A program made the position numbers and the translations under genes. A stretch of DNA of 24,000 nucleotides from positions 4,308 to 28,307 of the forward strand of contig DATGJP010000095.1 of the NCBI GenBank assembly GCA_035295125.1, in the 5' to 3' direction. The stretch comes from Bryobacteraceae bacterium (GTDB lineage: Bacteria; Acidobacteriota; Terriglobia; Bryobacterales; Bryobacteraceae). Below the pieces are notes generated by a model. The model made no database searches, was not told the origin of the DNA, and worked only from the letters and a program-made list of their open reading frames with translations. Within the stretch, counting starts at the first letter, position 1. The number at the start of each line of letters is the position of its first letter. Positions 15,338 to 24,000 of the stretch are shown here, in pieces.

Positions 15338-17755
15338 TCAATCCTGCCGCAGCAGGATCATTGGATCAACAGCCAGCGCCTTTTGCGCTGGAATCCACGC
15401 AGCCGCGAGCCCCAGCACAAGCATCGTGAGCACGACGCCGCCCAACACCAGCGGATCGTTTGGCGACGCCTGGTACACGATGTGCGAGAGCACCCTCGTT
15501 GCCAGGACGCCAAGCAGCAAACCCGCGGCGGAACCCAGCGACAGCAATACAAAGGCTCGCCACAACGCCGCGCGCAGCAGTTGCTTTCGCCGTGCGCCCA
15601 GCGCCATGCGAATTCCGAGTTCACGCAGCCGTTTGCTGACGGTATAGGAGGCCATACCGAAGATTCCCGTCACTGCCAGCATTGCGCCGAGCAGCCCGAG
15701 CACGCCGAGAGCCACGGCAGCCACCCGTGCGGCAAACAACGCGGAGCCCATTTCCTGGTTCCACGGTTTTATGGCGAAAGGCAACCCGGCATCCAGTCCG
15801 TGCATTGCGCGCTCGAGGACCCGGGAGATCTGTTCCTTGTCGCGCGCCGAGCGCACCAGCAGCCAGGTGCCGCTCGACTGCTGCTGCAGAAATGAATAGA
15901 ACATTGCGGGTTGCTGGTCCTCTGTGAGCGTCCGGTATTTCCCGTTTTCCACCACGCCAACGACTTCCGCCCGCGTTCCACCCCAGAACTTGAAATGCCC
16001 ACCGACCGCTTTGTCCACGGACCCAAAGACCTTAAGCGCAAATTCTCGGTTCACCAGAGCCACTTTCGGCGCGTTACTGTCGTCGTGCAGCGTCAGGTTT
16101 CTTCCCGCCAGGAGGGTCGTTCCTGCAGCTTCCAGGTAGCCTGGCGAGATGTTGTAATTCATGGCATCCGCGGCCACGTTGGTTGGCCGGTAATCGGTCG
16201 TGCTATCGGTGTAAACATAGGAGTCGCCGCCGCCGATGCCCAACGGCACGTGGGATATATAGCCCGCAGCCGTCACGCCGGGAATGGCGGCTGCCGCCTC
16301 CAGCATTCGCCTCTGCATCCGTGGAATCCGGTCGTCGGTGTAGCCGGCCATGTGCAGGTCGCTCTGTAGGAGCATCACGTTCTGGGGCACAAAACCGAAA
16401 TTGCTGTGGAGAGATCGCGCCAGGCCGCGTACGGCCACCAGCGAGGATGTCACCAGCACCGCACAGATTGCAATCTGCACCGCTAGTAGAACATCCCTCA
16501 CCGCGAACTTCCGCTGTCCGTCGACTCGTGAGGCACCGGTGCGAATCACCTGCCACGGATCCGCTCGCATGACCTGCCGCACGGGCGTCATCCCGAACAG
16601 CAGTCCGCTGACCAACGCCAGCACCAGCGCCACAATATACGTACCAGCGTCGGGGTTCACGGGCACGTTGATCGGAATATCCGGAATCGGCTGCCAGGCA
16701 CTCAGCACGTGCAGAATCCCTATGCCTCCTGCGAGTCCCAAGGCTCCCCCGGCAAGCGAAACCAGCACCGCGGTCATCAGCATCTGCCGCAGGACCAATC
16801 CGCGAGGCGATCCAAGCGCTAACCGGAGTGCTGTTTCCTTCGCGCGATCTGCCGCCCACGCGGCAAACAAGCTGCCCAGGTTGGCGCACGCCGCCAGCAG
16901 AATAAGTCCCGCCAGCAGTGTCAGGCCCAGCATGAAGGCCCGGGCTGGTCCTCCGAGCATGTCACCCACGAGCCCCGGACGCGCCAGTGTGAACTTAATG
17001 CCATCATCATCTGTTGGGTAGGTTTTGGTCAGCCACGTTCCAAGCGCATTCAGGTCCGCCGCCGCCTGCGCCGCCGTCAAACCAGGCTTCAGCCGCCCCA
17101 ATACGAACCCGGAGTGGTTGCCGCGTGCCTGTAGTGCGTTGTAGCCCTCGACAGCGGGCTGCTCGACCATCGGAATCCAAAGCGCCGGCGCAAAGAACAG
17201 CTCGGTACCGCGAAACTCCGGCGGCGCTACTCCGATGACCGTAAAGGGATGTTTATTGATCTGCAACATCCGGCCCACCACGGCAGGATCGTCATGAAAA
17301 CGGCTACGCCAGTATGCGTAGCTCAGTACGGCATAAGGAGCGCTGTTGGGGCCGCGCTCATCGTCGGCGTGAAAGAATCGGCCCAGATAGGGCTGAATAC
17401 CCAAGGTGTCGAAGTAGTTTCCACTCGCCAGGTACGGCCACGCCGTCGCCGGATAACCGCCGGTGTCCACCCCGACGGGACCCACGATGTCGAAGGACAG
17501 CAGGCTCTCAAACGTGCGGTTCTTATCCCGAAGATCGACATAGTCGGGATACGACTGTGATGGGTACTGGAAACGTTGCACCATATAGAGATTCCGCGCG
17601 TTCGGCACATTCACGGGCCGCAGCACCAGTGCGTTCAGCACGCTGAACACAACCGCGTTCGCGCCAATCCCGAGCGCCAGTGTGAGGATCGCGGTCACCG
17701 CAAATCCCGGCGACTTCCTCAACTGCCGCAATGCCACTTTCAGGTCGTTGGTCAT
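15338..17755 (-). CDS. ADOP-family duplicated permease (second copy, opposite orientation)
   Basis: 805-aa ORF. The N-terminus reads MTNDLKVALRQLRKSPGFAVTAILTLALGIGANAVVFSVLNALVLRPVNVPNARNLYMV. It has two MacB-periplasmic/FtsX units and the C-terminus AQKALAVDPMILLRQD. Confidence 0.9.
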   Translation of the reverse strand: MTNDLKVALRQLRKSPGFAVTAILTLALGIGANAVVFSVLNALVLRPVNVPNARNLYMVQRFQYPSQSYPDYVDLRDKNRTFESLLSFDIVGPVGVDTGGYPATAWPYLASGNYFDTLGIQPYLGRFFHADDERGPNSAPYAVLSYAYWRSRFHDDPAVVGRMLQINKHPFTVIGVAPPEFRGTELFFAPALWIPMVEQPAVEGYNALQARGNHSGFVLGRLKPGLTAAQAAADLNALGTWLTKTYPTDDDGIKFTLARPGLVGDMLGGPARAFMLGLTLLAGLILLAACANLGSLFAAWAADRAKETALRLALGSPRGLVLRQMLMTAVLVSLAGGALGLAGGIGILHVLSAWQPIPDIPINVPVNPDAGTYIVALVLALVSGLLFGMTPVRQVMRADPWQVIRTGASRVDGQRKFAVRDVLLAVQIAICAVLVTSSLVAVRGLARSLHSNFGFVPQNVMLLQSDLHMAGYTDDRIPRMQRRMLEAAAAIPGVTAAGYISHVPLGIGGGDSYVYTDSTTDYRPTNVAADAMNYNISPGYLEAAGTTLLAGRNLTLHDDSNAPKVALVNREFALKVFGSVDKAVGGHFKFWGGTRAEVVGVVENGKYRTLTEDQQPAMFYSFLQQQSSGTWLLVRSARDKEQISRVLERAMHGLDAGLPFAIKPWNQEMGSALFAARVAAVALGVLGLLGAMLAVTGIFGMASYTVSKRLRELGIRMALGARRKQLLRAALWRAFVLLSLGSAAGLLLGVLATRVLSHIVYQASPNDPLVLGGVVLTMLVLGLAAAWIPAQKALAVDPMILLRQD

Positions 17756-18015
17756 TAGGGCCTTCTGGCAGCAAATACGATGACGCCCGGCACATAGTTC
17801 CCCTTGATTCAGCGATCTATGTCTTTTATGAATGCCAACCGCCTATTCCTGGCGGAGCGCCGCGAGACCGGTGATAGTAAAAGGAGGATGGCGGCGGCAA
17901 GGATTGTGATCAGTTGCGGCCAAGGACCAGATCCGGTCTGCGTTTCGCAGTCGAAGTGTGCACGTATTGGCTCGCGCGTTCGGTGAGCCGGTGAGGTGGA
18001 GTCGGAGCAACAATC

Positions 18016-18867
18016 ATGAAGCGCGAAGTTGAGGCGTCGAGCGAATTCCGCGCGGAGGTGTTGTTGGAATCGTCAATCGCTACGATTCGCGACGTACACT
18101 GCCGAGGGAGTTGCAAGGGGCTCAGCGCCGAAGAGTGCGCTGCGAGAACGGAACTTGTGTTCCCGTATCGTGGCGCTTTTGTACGCCATGTCGGGCGCGA
18201 CAAAGCGGTGGCGGAGGCAAACCAGGTCCTGTTCTTCAATGCCGGCGACGCGTATCGGGTGAGCCATCCTGTCGCGGGCGGGGATGCAAGCCTCTCGATC
18301 GCTATTGGTGAATCGGAGTTGCGCGAACTCGCTGGGCGAGGTCTTCTGCACGGGAGGGCGCAGGTCGCGTTTCGCAAACAGCGGATGAGGGTGGATGCGC
18401 GGGTTCAATCTCTCGCGGCTTTGTTGCGGCATCGGATGCGCCGGAACTTTGCCGGAACTCTTGAAGCGGAGAGCGTCGTGTTGGCGCTGGTGAGACGCGC
18501 GGTTGGGCTTCGGACGCAGCTCGATGCGAGCGGCGGCATGGGCCGGCAACGTTTTGCGGATCGGGCTAAGCTCGCGCTGACGAGCGATCTGTCGCGGCGA
18601 TGGACGCTGCGGGATGTAGCTTCGGAGGTGGGATGCTCTCCAGTCTATTTGACGCAGATATTTCAGCAGGTGGAAGGCCTTCCTCTTTATCGATATCACC
18701 TGCGGTTGCGGCTTGCGCGGGCGCTCGATCTTCTCGCGGAATATGAGGACCTGACCGAGTTGAGCCTGGAGCTTGGTTTTTCAAGCCACAGCCATTTCAG
18801 CGCCGCGTTTCGCGCGGTATATGGCAGTACGCCTTCGGATTTCCGGCGCTCTGCGTCGCGCCGCTAG
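18016..18867 (+). CDS. AraC-family transcriptional regulator
   Basis: The C-terminal double HTH reads WTLRDVASEVGCSPVYLTQIFQQVEGLPLYRYHLRLRLARALDLL...LTELSLELGFSSHSHFSAAFRAVYGSTPSDFRR. The N-terminal ~170 aa is a putative ligand/cupin-like domain. Confidence 0.9.
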   Translation: MKREVEASSEFRAEVLLESSIATIRDVHCRGSCKGLSAEECAARTELVFPYRGAFVRHVGRDKAVAEANQVLFFNAGDAYRVSHPVAGGDASLSIAIGESELRELAGRGLLHGRAQVAFRKQRMRVDARVQSLAALLRHRMRRNFAGTLEAESVVLALVRRAVGLRTQLDASGGMGRQRFADRAKLALTSDLSRRWTLRDVASEVGCSPVYLTQIFQQVEGLPLYRYHLRLRLARALDLLAEYEDLTELSLELGFSSHSHFSAAFRAVYGSTPSDFRRSASRR

Positions 18868-18925
18868 AACGATCTAAAGATTTTGACAGCGCTGGTCTTC
18901 GCGGGCGTGCGATTCTGAACGCACT

Positions 18926-19684
18926 ATGACCGATCAGACACGGAAGGCTGAAGAGTTTCGGGCGCTGCATGTGCCTGGGGAACCGCTGGTTCTTTTCAAT
19001 GTTTGGGATGCAGGAAGCGCGAAGGCGGTAGCGAACGGCGTCGCCAAGGCTCTGGCTACCAGCAGTTGGTCTGTTGCACATGCGAACGGATTTGAGGACG
19101 GCGAACAGATGCCGCTGACCTTGGCGATCGACAATCTGCGGCGGATCGTAATGGCGACGGATCTGCCCGTGACCGTAGATCTGGAGAGTGGATACGGTGA
19201 TGCGCCGGAGGTCGTCGGGGAGACGATCAGGCTTGCGATTGAGGCGGGCACTGTGGGGTGCAACCTGGAAGATAGCTTTCCGGCGACTGGGAAGCTGCGG
19301 GAGGTCGCGGACCAGGCGGCTCGATTGCGGCAGGCTCGCGCGGTGGCGGATGGGACGACGGTCCACTTTTTCATCAACGCTCGTACGGACGTGTTTCTTC
19401 AGCATCCGCGTGAGGAGCACGGGGATGCCATGGTGGAAGACGCGGTCGCGCGGGCTTGTGCTTATGCCGAGGCCGGCGCGGATGGGCTTTTTGTTCCTGG
19501 ATTGGCGGATGTTGGGTTAATCGCACGCATTGTGGATCGATGTCCGCTTCCGATTAATGTCATGGTGGATGATGCGACCCTGCCCCTAGCGGTACTTGCG
19601 CGACATGGCGTTGCCAGGGTGAGCCATGGGCCGCGCCCGTTCTTGGCGGCGATGAAGGCGCTGGAGAATTTTGGCGCCGATTGA
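18926..19684 (+). CDS. Isocitrate lyase / PEP mutase family protein (2-methylisocitrate-lyase-like)
   Basis: FRALHVPGEPLVLFNVWDAGSAKAV...LPVTVDLESGYGD...GTVGCNLEDS...INARTD is the characteristic TIM-barrel ICL/PEPM pattern in a 252-aa protein. Confidence 0.85.
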   Translation: MTDQTRKAEEFRALHVPGEPLVLFNVWDAGSAKAVANGVAKALATSSWSVAHANGFEDGEQMPLTLAIDNLRRIVMATDLPVTVDLESGYGDAPEVVGETIRLAIEAGTVGCNLEDSFPATGKLREVADQAARLRQARAVADGTTVHFFINARTDVFLQHPREEHGDAMVEDAVARACAYAEAGADGLFVPGLADVGLIARIVDRCPLPINVMVDDATLPLAVLARHGVARVSHGPRPFLAAMKALENFGAD

Positions 19685-19714
19685 TGTGCAGTGATTTGAT
19701 TCCGGTGCTGGTCG

Positions 19715-19795
19715 AAAACCGCGATTGAACTGCAAGGCCGTACCGCCGGCCTCAGCCGGCCATGGGCAGCCTGGAGGCTGTGTTACCGCGGTTTT
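19715..19795. terminator. Candidate bidirectional terminator between convergent genes
   Basis: aaaaccgcg (19715-19723) pairs with cgcggtttt (19787-19795). These enclose two small hairpins: gccggc-ctca-gccggc (19745-19760) and cagcc-tgga-ggctg (19767-19780). An A-tract on one side and a T-tract on the other fit a two-way terminator. The outer stem is short and the interior is long, so support is weak. Confidence 0.3.
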
Positions 19796-19830
19796 GTCGA
19801 TGGCGACAGGTTGAAACCTGCTTCTTCGGT

Positions 19831-20784
19831 CTATTGTTGTTGCTGCTGTTGTTGAACGTCGACGGGATCGGGTTTGGCAGGTTCTTCCCACTGGGGTGCG
19901 ACGCTCAACTCGATCTCGGGCGGCGATGGCGCATCGGAAAGGGTCACGAGAACGGAGACCGCGAGTTCGCTGGCCGCGCTGCCTTTGAATATCCCTTTGG
20001 TTGGGGGAACGTCGGCATAGTCGCGGCCGATTGCGGTGCGAATGTGCCGGTCACCGGCTAACAAGTTATTGGTGGGATCGAACCCTACCCATCCCAGGCC
20101 CGGCAAGAGCGTCTCAACCCATGCGTGACTGGCCCCTTCCGAGGAACGATCGGGGGTCTGAACGCGCGGATACAAATATCCGCTCACGTAGCGGCACGGA
20201 ATCTTCACCAAACGCACCAGCGCTATCATGATGTGCGCGAAGTCCTGGCAAACCCCTTTTCTCGCTTCAATGGCGTGATCGATGGGCGAGTCGACTCGGG
20301 TCGCTTTCGGGACATAGTCGAACCAGGCGTGGAGGGAAGCGTTCAATTCCCGCAAAAACGACAAGGGATCATCACGACGTTCGACACGCAGCTCAGCGAT
20401 GAGGCGCTCGAGTGCCGTGCTTCGATGGGCGAACTGACTCGGCATCAGCATTTCCCAATAATCGCTGCTTGCAACGAGGGCATCCAGTTCATCCCATGCT
20501 GCTCCATCCAGAGCCGCGGGCGGTTCATCCTGGCTTTGCACTTCCACGAGCGATTCAGCGATGATGCGAAGCTGCGTGTGCTTGCCGGGGACGTCGAAGT
20601 GATGGACGCTGTTGCCCATGTAGTCGCGGTACGAACTAACATGGGCGCGCGGATCCACCCGAAGCTGAAAGCTGAGGCAACGCTGCGAAGCCTCAGTGCG
20701 GGGATGCATGCGCACTTCCATGAGGCTCTCGCTCACGGGCGCGTCGTAGCGAAACTGAGTGATGTGTCGAATGGAGTAAAACAT
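19831..20784 (-). CDS. Transglutaminase-family protein (bacterial transglutaminase N-domain + Cys-His-Asp core) with C-terminal poly-Gln tail
   Basis: The start is at MFYSIRHITQFRYDAPVSESLMEVRMHPR (20784), overlapping the upstream stop by 1 nt. The catalytic triad context is GVCQDFAHIM, ASHAWVE and GFDPTN. The protein ends ...PDPVDVQQQQQQQ. Confidence 0.85.
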   Translation of the reverse strand: MFYSIRHITQFRYDAPVSESLMEVRMHPRTEASQRCLSFQLRVDPRAHVSSYRDYMGNSVHHFDVPGKHTQLRIIAESLVEVQSQDEPPAALDGAAWDELDALVASSDYWEMLMPSQFAHRSTALERLIAELRVERRDDPLSFLRELNASLHAWFDYVPKATRVDSPIDHAIEARKGVCQDFAHIMIALVRLVKIPCRYVSGYLYPRVQTPDRSSEGASHAWVETLLPGLGWVGFDPTNNLLAGDRHIRTAIGRDYADVPPTKGIFKGSAASELAVSVLVTLSDAPSPPEIELSVAPQWEEPAKPDPVDVQQQQQQQ

Positions 20785-21719
20785 CAGGCGTTGAGAGCGG
20801 CCTCCACAGGATAGGTGATGTAGGTCTGGTAGAGCGAGTTGTACACCTGCAGACACTGGCGCCGCACAGTGTCGAGATACGATTGCAGGCCTGCGCTCAT
20901 GATCTCGTCCATCTGGCCGTATGCCAGGGTGGCCTGCATACGGCCGACGATTCGCTCGACGCGCGATGCGCGGCGGCTGGAGGCTTCCTCTCCGATCTGT
21001 TTCAACGATGTCGCCAACGCATCGGCGGCAAACCGAATGGAGTGCGGAAAAACCGGGCTTAGCACCAGAAACTCAGCGATGCGGTCCGGACGCAAGTCGG
21101 CTGTATAGGCCTTGCAATAGGCTTCGAACGCCATGCAGGATTGCAGCAGACCGATCCACTCCAAAGTCTCGAGATCGACCTGCGTATCGTTGTGGAAGGC
21201 CCGAAAATGGACGCTAACGAGGGTTGAGACCGCGGCGGCGCGTTCCAGATAGCGGCCAGCCTGAATGAACTGCCACCCCTCGCCGTGCGTCATCGTCGAG
21301 TCGGTCACGCCCTGGAAAAGGTAGGTGCCTTCCAGAATGGACTGCAGGAAATCGCGAACATCGCCCTTGTGGTTGGTATTCTTCACCGCGTGGAACAGGC
21401 GATTCAACTGCTCCCACATTTCGGAGCTGACCTGTTCGCGCACTTGACGGGCGTTATCGCGGGCGGCCGTGACGCACGAGACGATCGACGACGGATGGGC
21501 GGCGGCCTGGATCAACGGCTTCACGACATCGTCGGCAGCCCAGTTCTCGACGTCCTCGATGCCGAGCGACTTGAGAACACGCGCCCAGTGGCTGGCATCG
21601 GTTCCGGCGCCGCGTTCGAGCATCAGGTAGAGCTGCGCGTTCAGCACGCGGGCGGTGTGTCCGGCCCGCTCCAGGTAACGGCTCATCCAGAATAGACTGT
21701 CGGCAACGCGGGAAAGCAT
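20784..21719 (-). CDS. Alpha-E domain protein
   Basis: [27 protein letters not shown] is the hallmark N-terminus of alpha-E domain proteins. The 311-aa all-helical-looking sequence has 1-nt TGATG overlaps with both neighbours. Confidence 0.85.
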   Translation of the reverse strand: MLSRVADSLFWMSRYLERAGHTARVLNAQLYLMLERGAGTDASHWARVLKSLGIEDVENWAADDVVKPLIQAAAHPSSIVSCVTAARDNARQVREQVSSEMWEQLNRLFHAVKNTNHKGDVRDFLQSILEGTYLFQGVTDSTMTHGEGWQFIQAGRYLERAAAVSTLVSVHFRAFHNDTQVDLETLEWIGLLQSCMAFEAYCKAYTADLRPDRIAEFLVLSPVFPHSIRFAADALATSLKQIGEEASSRRASRVERIVGRMQATLAYGQMDEIMSAGLQSYLDTVRRQCLQVYNSLYQTYITYPVEAALNA

Positions 21720-23182
21720 CAGTGCAACACCCAGGTGTCCTTGCTACCACCGCCTTGCGAGGAATTCACCACCAGCGACCCTTTGCGCAGGGCCACACGC
21801 GTGAGGCCGCCCGGCACGACGGTCACCTTATCGCCGAACAAGATGTAGGGACGCAGATCGACGTGGCGAGGCTGGATGGTTCCATCGATGATGCAAGGGG
21901 CCCGAGAGAGGAGGATCGTCGGCTGTGCGATGTAATTCCGCGGATCGGACTCGACGTGACGGCGGAACTCCTCGCGCTGCGCGGCGGTGCTCTGGGCCCC
22001 GATCAGCATCCCATAGCCACCCGATTCGCCAACGGCTTTCACAACAAACCGGTCGAGATTCGCGAGGACGTGCCGGCGCTGGGACGTGTTGGACATCTGG
22101 AATGTCTCCACATTGTTGAGAACCGGGTCCTCGCCCATGTAGTAGCGGATGATCTGGGGCACATAGGCATAAACAGCCTTGTCATCCGCGACTCCGGTGC
22201 CGAGGGCGTTGGCCAGGCTGACATTGCCAGCGCGGTAGGCGTTGAAGAGTCCAGGCACGCCGAGCGAGGAGTCGGCGCGGAAGGCCAGCGGGTCCACGAA
22301 GTCGTCGTCGATGCGTCGATAGATGACGTCGACGCGGCGCAGGCCGGTGGTGGTCCGCATGTAGACGACATTGTCGTGAACCACGAGGTCGCGACCTTCG
22401 ACGAGTTCGACGCCCATTTGCCGCGCGAGGAAGGCGTGCTCGAAATACGCCGAGTTGTAGACGCCGGGTGTCAGGAGCGCGATGGACGGCTCCAGGCATC
22501 CCTGGGGAGCCAGCGAGCGCAGCGTGGCCAGCAACGCCTGGCTGTAATGTTGAATCGGCTGCACGCCGCATTTCCGGAACAAATCCGGAAAAATCCGTTT
22601 CATCACCTGGCGGCTGACCAGCATGTAGGAAACGCCGCTGGGAACCCGGAGGTTGTCTTCGAGCACGACGAACTCTCCGGAGGTTGTCCGTATCAGATCG
22701 GTGCCGGCAACGGTGACGTAAGCATCGCGCCGCACCTGGAGACCGCGCATCTGGCGGCGGAAGTGTCTACAGCTATGGACCAGCTCGCGCGGGACGACGC
22801 CATCATTCAGGATGCGGCCCTCGTGATACAGGTCCTTGAGGAAGAGATTGAGAGCGGTGATTCTCTGGACGAGTCCCCGCTCGATGCAGGCCCATTCCGC
22901 TGCGGTGAGAATTCGCGGCAGCAGGTCGTTGGGAAAGATGCGCTCCGTTCCCTCCTCGCGGCCGTAGACCGTGAAGGTGATGCCTTGATGGAGGAAGGAC
23001 TGATCGGCTATTTGCTGGCGGCGACGTAATTCATCGGCGGGTAGTTCGAGAAGCGCATCGTACACGTGGCGGTAATGCGGGCGCACGCTACCGGCGCCGT
23101 CAAGCATCTCGTCGTAGGCTTGATCCAATTCGTATTGTCGAAGAAACGCCGGTAAACCCGGCCCGCCTGCTATGCCTGTCAT
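21719..23182 (-). CDS. Circularly permuted type-2 ATP-grasp protein
   Basis: 487 aa. Blocks such as [11 protein letters not shown]...FTVYG...[13 protein letters not shown]...[18 protein letters not shown]...[18 protein letters not shown]...[25 protein letters not shown]...[12 protein letters not shown]...[17 protein letters not shown] match my recollection of this family. It occupies its canonical position upstream of the alpha-E and transglutaminase genes. Confidence 0.85.
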   Translation of the reverse strand: MTGIAGGPGLPAFLRQYELDQAYDEMLDGAGSVRPHYRHVYDALLELPADELRRRQQIADQSFLHQGITFTVYGREEGTERIFPNDLLPRILTAAEWACIERGLVQRITALNLFLKDLYHEGRILNDGVVPRELVHSCRHFRRQMRGLQVRRDAYVTVAGTDLIRTTSGEFVVLEDNLRVPSGVSYMLVSRQVMKRIFPDLFRKCGVQPIQHYSQALLATLRSLAPQGCLEPSIALLTPGVYNSAYFEHAFLARQMGVELVEGRDLVVHDNVVYMRTTTGLRRVDVIYRRIDDDFVDPLAFRADSSLGVPGLFNAYRAGNVSLANALGTGVADDKAVYAYVPQIIRYYMGEDPVLNNVETFQMSNTSQRRHVLANLDRFVVKAVGESGGYGMLIGAQSTAAQREEFRRHVESDPRNYIAQPTILLSRAPCIIDGTIQPRHVDLRPYILFGDKVTVVPGGLTRVALRKGSLVVNSSQGGGSKDTWVLH

Positions 23183-23257
23183 CTTCCTCGTTGCTCCTCT
23201 TCGAACGGGGAAGGAAGTCGTGACTGGAAGCTAGTGTATCACTGCTTCCGGGAAGAC

Positions 23258-23740
23258 CTATGCGTTTCTACTGTCCGCCGAAGGGCCATAGATGGCGGGG
23301 ACGGAAGCGCCCATCGGCCGCAGGTATGCCGACAATTGGCCGCGATCGTGGATAGCGTCGAAGAGGATGAACCACAAGAACTGTCCGACGGGCTGTTCCG
23401 ATACAACCTTGCCGTTGTAGTAGAACTGAGCGACCCGCTTCCAGGAGTCTTCATCCATCTTCGAGACAGCATCGGTCAAGTCGTTCGAGAGTTGCTCGAA
23501 GAGCCGCAACATCTCGTCGAGCGGTGGAGGCGGCTCGACCTTCCACTCGGCTTTGAATTGAGTGGCGGCATCCAGGCATGATTTGAGTTCGTTCGTGAGC
23601 GTCCATATCACCTGTTCCGCCGACGGCGAGCGATCATGCGGCTTATAGCCGAGCCGGTCGGCTGGAATTGCCTGCAGAACGCGGAGGAAGACTGGAAGTT
23701 CCGCCTTTCGACGTTCAATGTAGAATTCGCGTAATGTCAT
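23258..23740 (-). CDS. DinB-family (four-helix-bundle, metal-binding) protein
   Basis: The start at MTLREFYIERRK (ATG 23740) is preceded by GAGGTG. The C-terminal FLWFILFDAIHDRGQLSAYLRPMG is the DinB-type HxRGQ motif. The ORF-track start at 23818 adds 26 aa without an RBS. Confidence 0.7.
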   Translation of the reverse strand: MTLREFYIERRKAELPVFLRVLQAIPADRLGYKPHDRSPSAEQVIWTLTNELKSCLDAATQFKAEWKVEPPPPLDEMLRLFEQLSNDLTDAVSKMDEDSWKRVAQFYYNGKVVSEQPVGQFLWFILFDAIHDRGQLSAYLRPMGASVPAIYGPSADSRNA

Positions 23741-23823
23741 ATGCACCTCTTCTCCACTTGCTTTCCAGCGGGCGCTCGCAACATCATGAGTATAACCCAT
23801 GACGAGAGCGGCAACCAAACCAT

Positions 23824-24000
23824 ATGGCGATCGCTAAAGACTTCCGCTTCATCGGGCGGTTGTGCCTGGACTTCGCCCAGACCGGCGATATGGGATTTGG
23901 AACCCGCTTTGAACGGCTCACTTCGCCCGCGGAGCTGCAACGATGGCTGTCACTCAGCGCGCTGCAGCTTTCGACGGTGAAGATCACGGCTAACGATCTC
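23824..24000 (+). CDS. ABATE-domain / CGNR zinc-finger family protein, 3'-truncated by the window edge
   Basis: This ORF is not in the ORF track because it runs off the window. From the ATG at 23824 there are 59 codons open to nt 24000: MAIAKDFRFIGRLCLDFAQTGDMGFGTRFERLTSPAELQRWLSLSALQL. The LxLDFxNT ... ExLxSPxxLxxWL pattern is typical of the N-terminal ABATE domain of CGNR proteins. It is divergent from the DinB-family gene. Confidence 0.55.
   Translation, partial: MAIAKDFRFIGRLCLDFAQTGDMGFGTRFERLTSPAELQRWLSLSALQLSTVKITANDL

Noticed and set aside
15287-15895. 202-aa plus-strand ORF rich in Arg/Gln/His
   Set aside because: It is antisense to the 3' part of ADOP permease 2. The same reasoning applies to the other plus-strand ORFs between 15426 and 17758.
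17888-17986. 32-codon ORF (MAAARIVISCGQGPDPVCVSQSKCARIGSRVR) immediately after AAGGAGG in the ADOP2/AraC intergenic region
   Set aside because: The GGAGG abuts the ATG with zero spacer, which is incompatible with normal Shine-Dalgarno geometry. There is no family resemblance, so it is probably fortuitous.
21722-23029. 435-aa plus-strand ORF
   Set aside because: It lies entirely antisense to the well-supported circularly permuted ATP-grasp gene. Its Arg/Ala/Gly/Asp-rich composition is typical of shadow ORFs in high-GC DNA, and it has no recognisable motif.
23195-23257. ggaagc-N12-gcttcc hairpin between the DinB-family stop and the ATP-grasp start
   Set aside because: It has only a 6-bp stem with a 12-nt loop and no U-tract, so I do not call it a terminator.
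1-24000. Scan for CRISPR arrays, rRNA/tRNA genes and long tandem or dispersed repeats
   Set aside because: I saw no periodic direct repeats, no cloverleaf-compatible segments and no rRNA-like conserved stretches by eye. The two ADOP genes are protein-level paralogues only, with no obvious long nucleotide identity.

Overview
This is high-GC, gene-dense bacterial chromosomal DNA. It most plausibly comes from an Acidobacteriota genome. That is an inference from two ~805-aa ADOP-type 'duplicated orphan' MacB/FtsX permeases, a family expanded in that phylum. I can support about 20 protein-coding genes and 3 decayed genes, and I found no rRNA, tRNA or CRISPR. Layout: a 5'-partial RluA-family pseudouridine synthase (1-606); an orphan 459-aa protein with a nucleoside-deoxyribosyltransferase/SLOG-like core (1060-2439, minus strand); ADOP permease 1 (2890-5304). 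A ~1.8-kb low-coding scar (5305-7124) then holds a 126-nt nested inverted-repeat structure, a truncated IS91-family transposase and a 44-codon tyrosine-recombinase stub. Next come an SDR oxidoreductase (7125-7910) and a five-gene, translationally coupled stressosome-type module (7952-12280): RsbR (PAS-STAS), RsbS, RsbT, an RsbT-like/PP2C fusion, and a soluble PAS hybrid histidine kinase. After that: a secreted MBL-fold hydrolase, a frameshifted FG-GAP-like propeller gene, a secreted coiled-coil/BamE-like protein, a 6-TM protein, and ADOP permease 2 (15338-17755, minus strand). The window ends with an AraC regulator plus an isocitrate-lyase/PEP-mutase family enzyme, the conserved circularly permuted ATP-grasp / alpha-E / transglutaminase triad (19831-23182, minus strand), a DinB-family protein, and a divergent 3'-partial ABATE/CGNR protein. 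All functional calls rest on by-eye motif recognition in the translated ORFs, because no database search or folding computation was possible. The best candidates for under-described biology are the stressosome module with its unusual wiring, the ATP-grasp/alpha-E/transglutaminase triad and the orphan 459-aa protein. None is demonstrably novel from the sequence alone.
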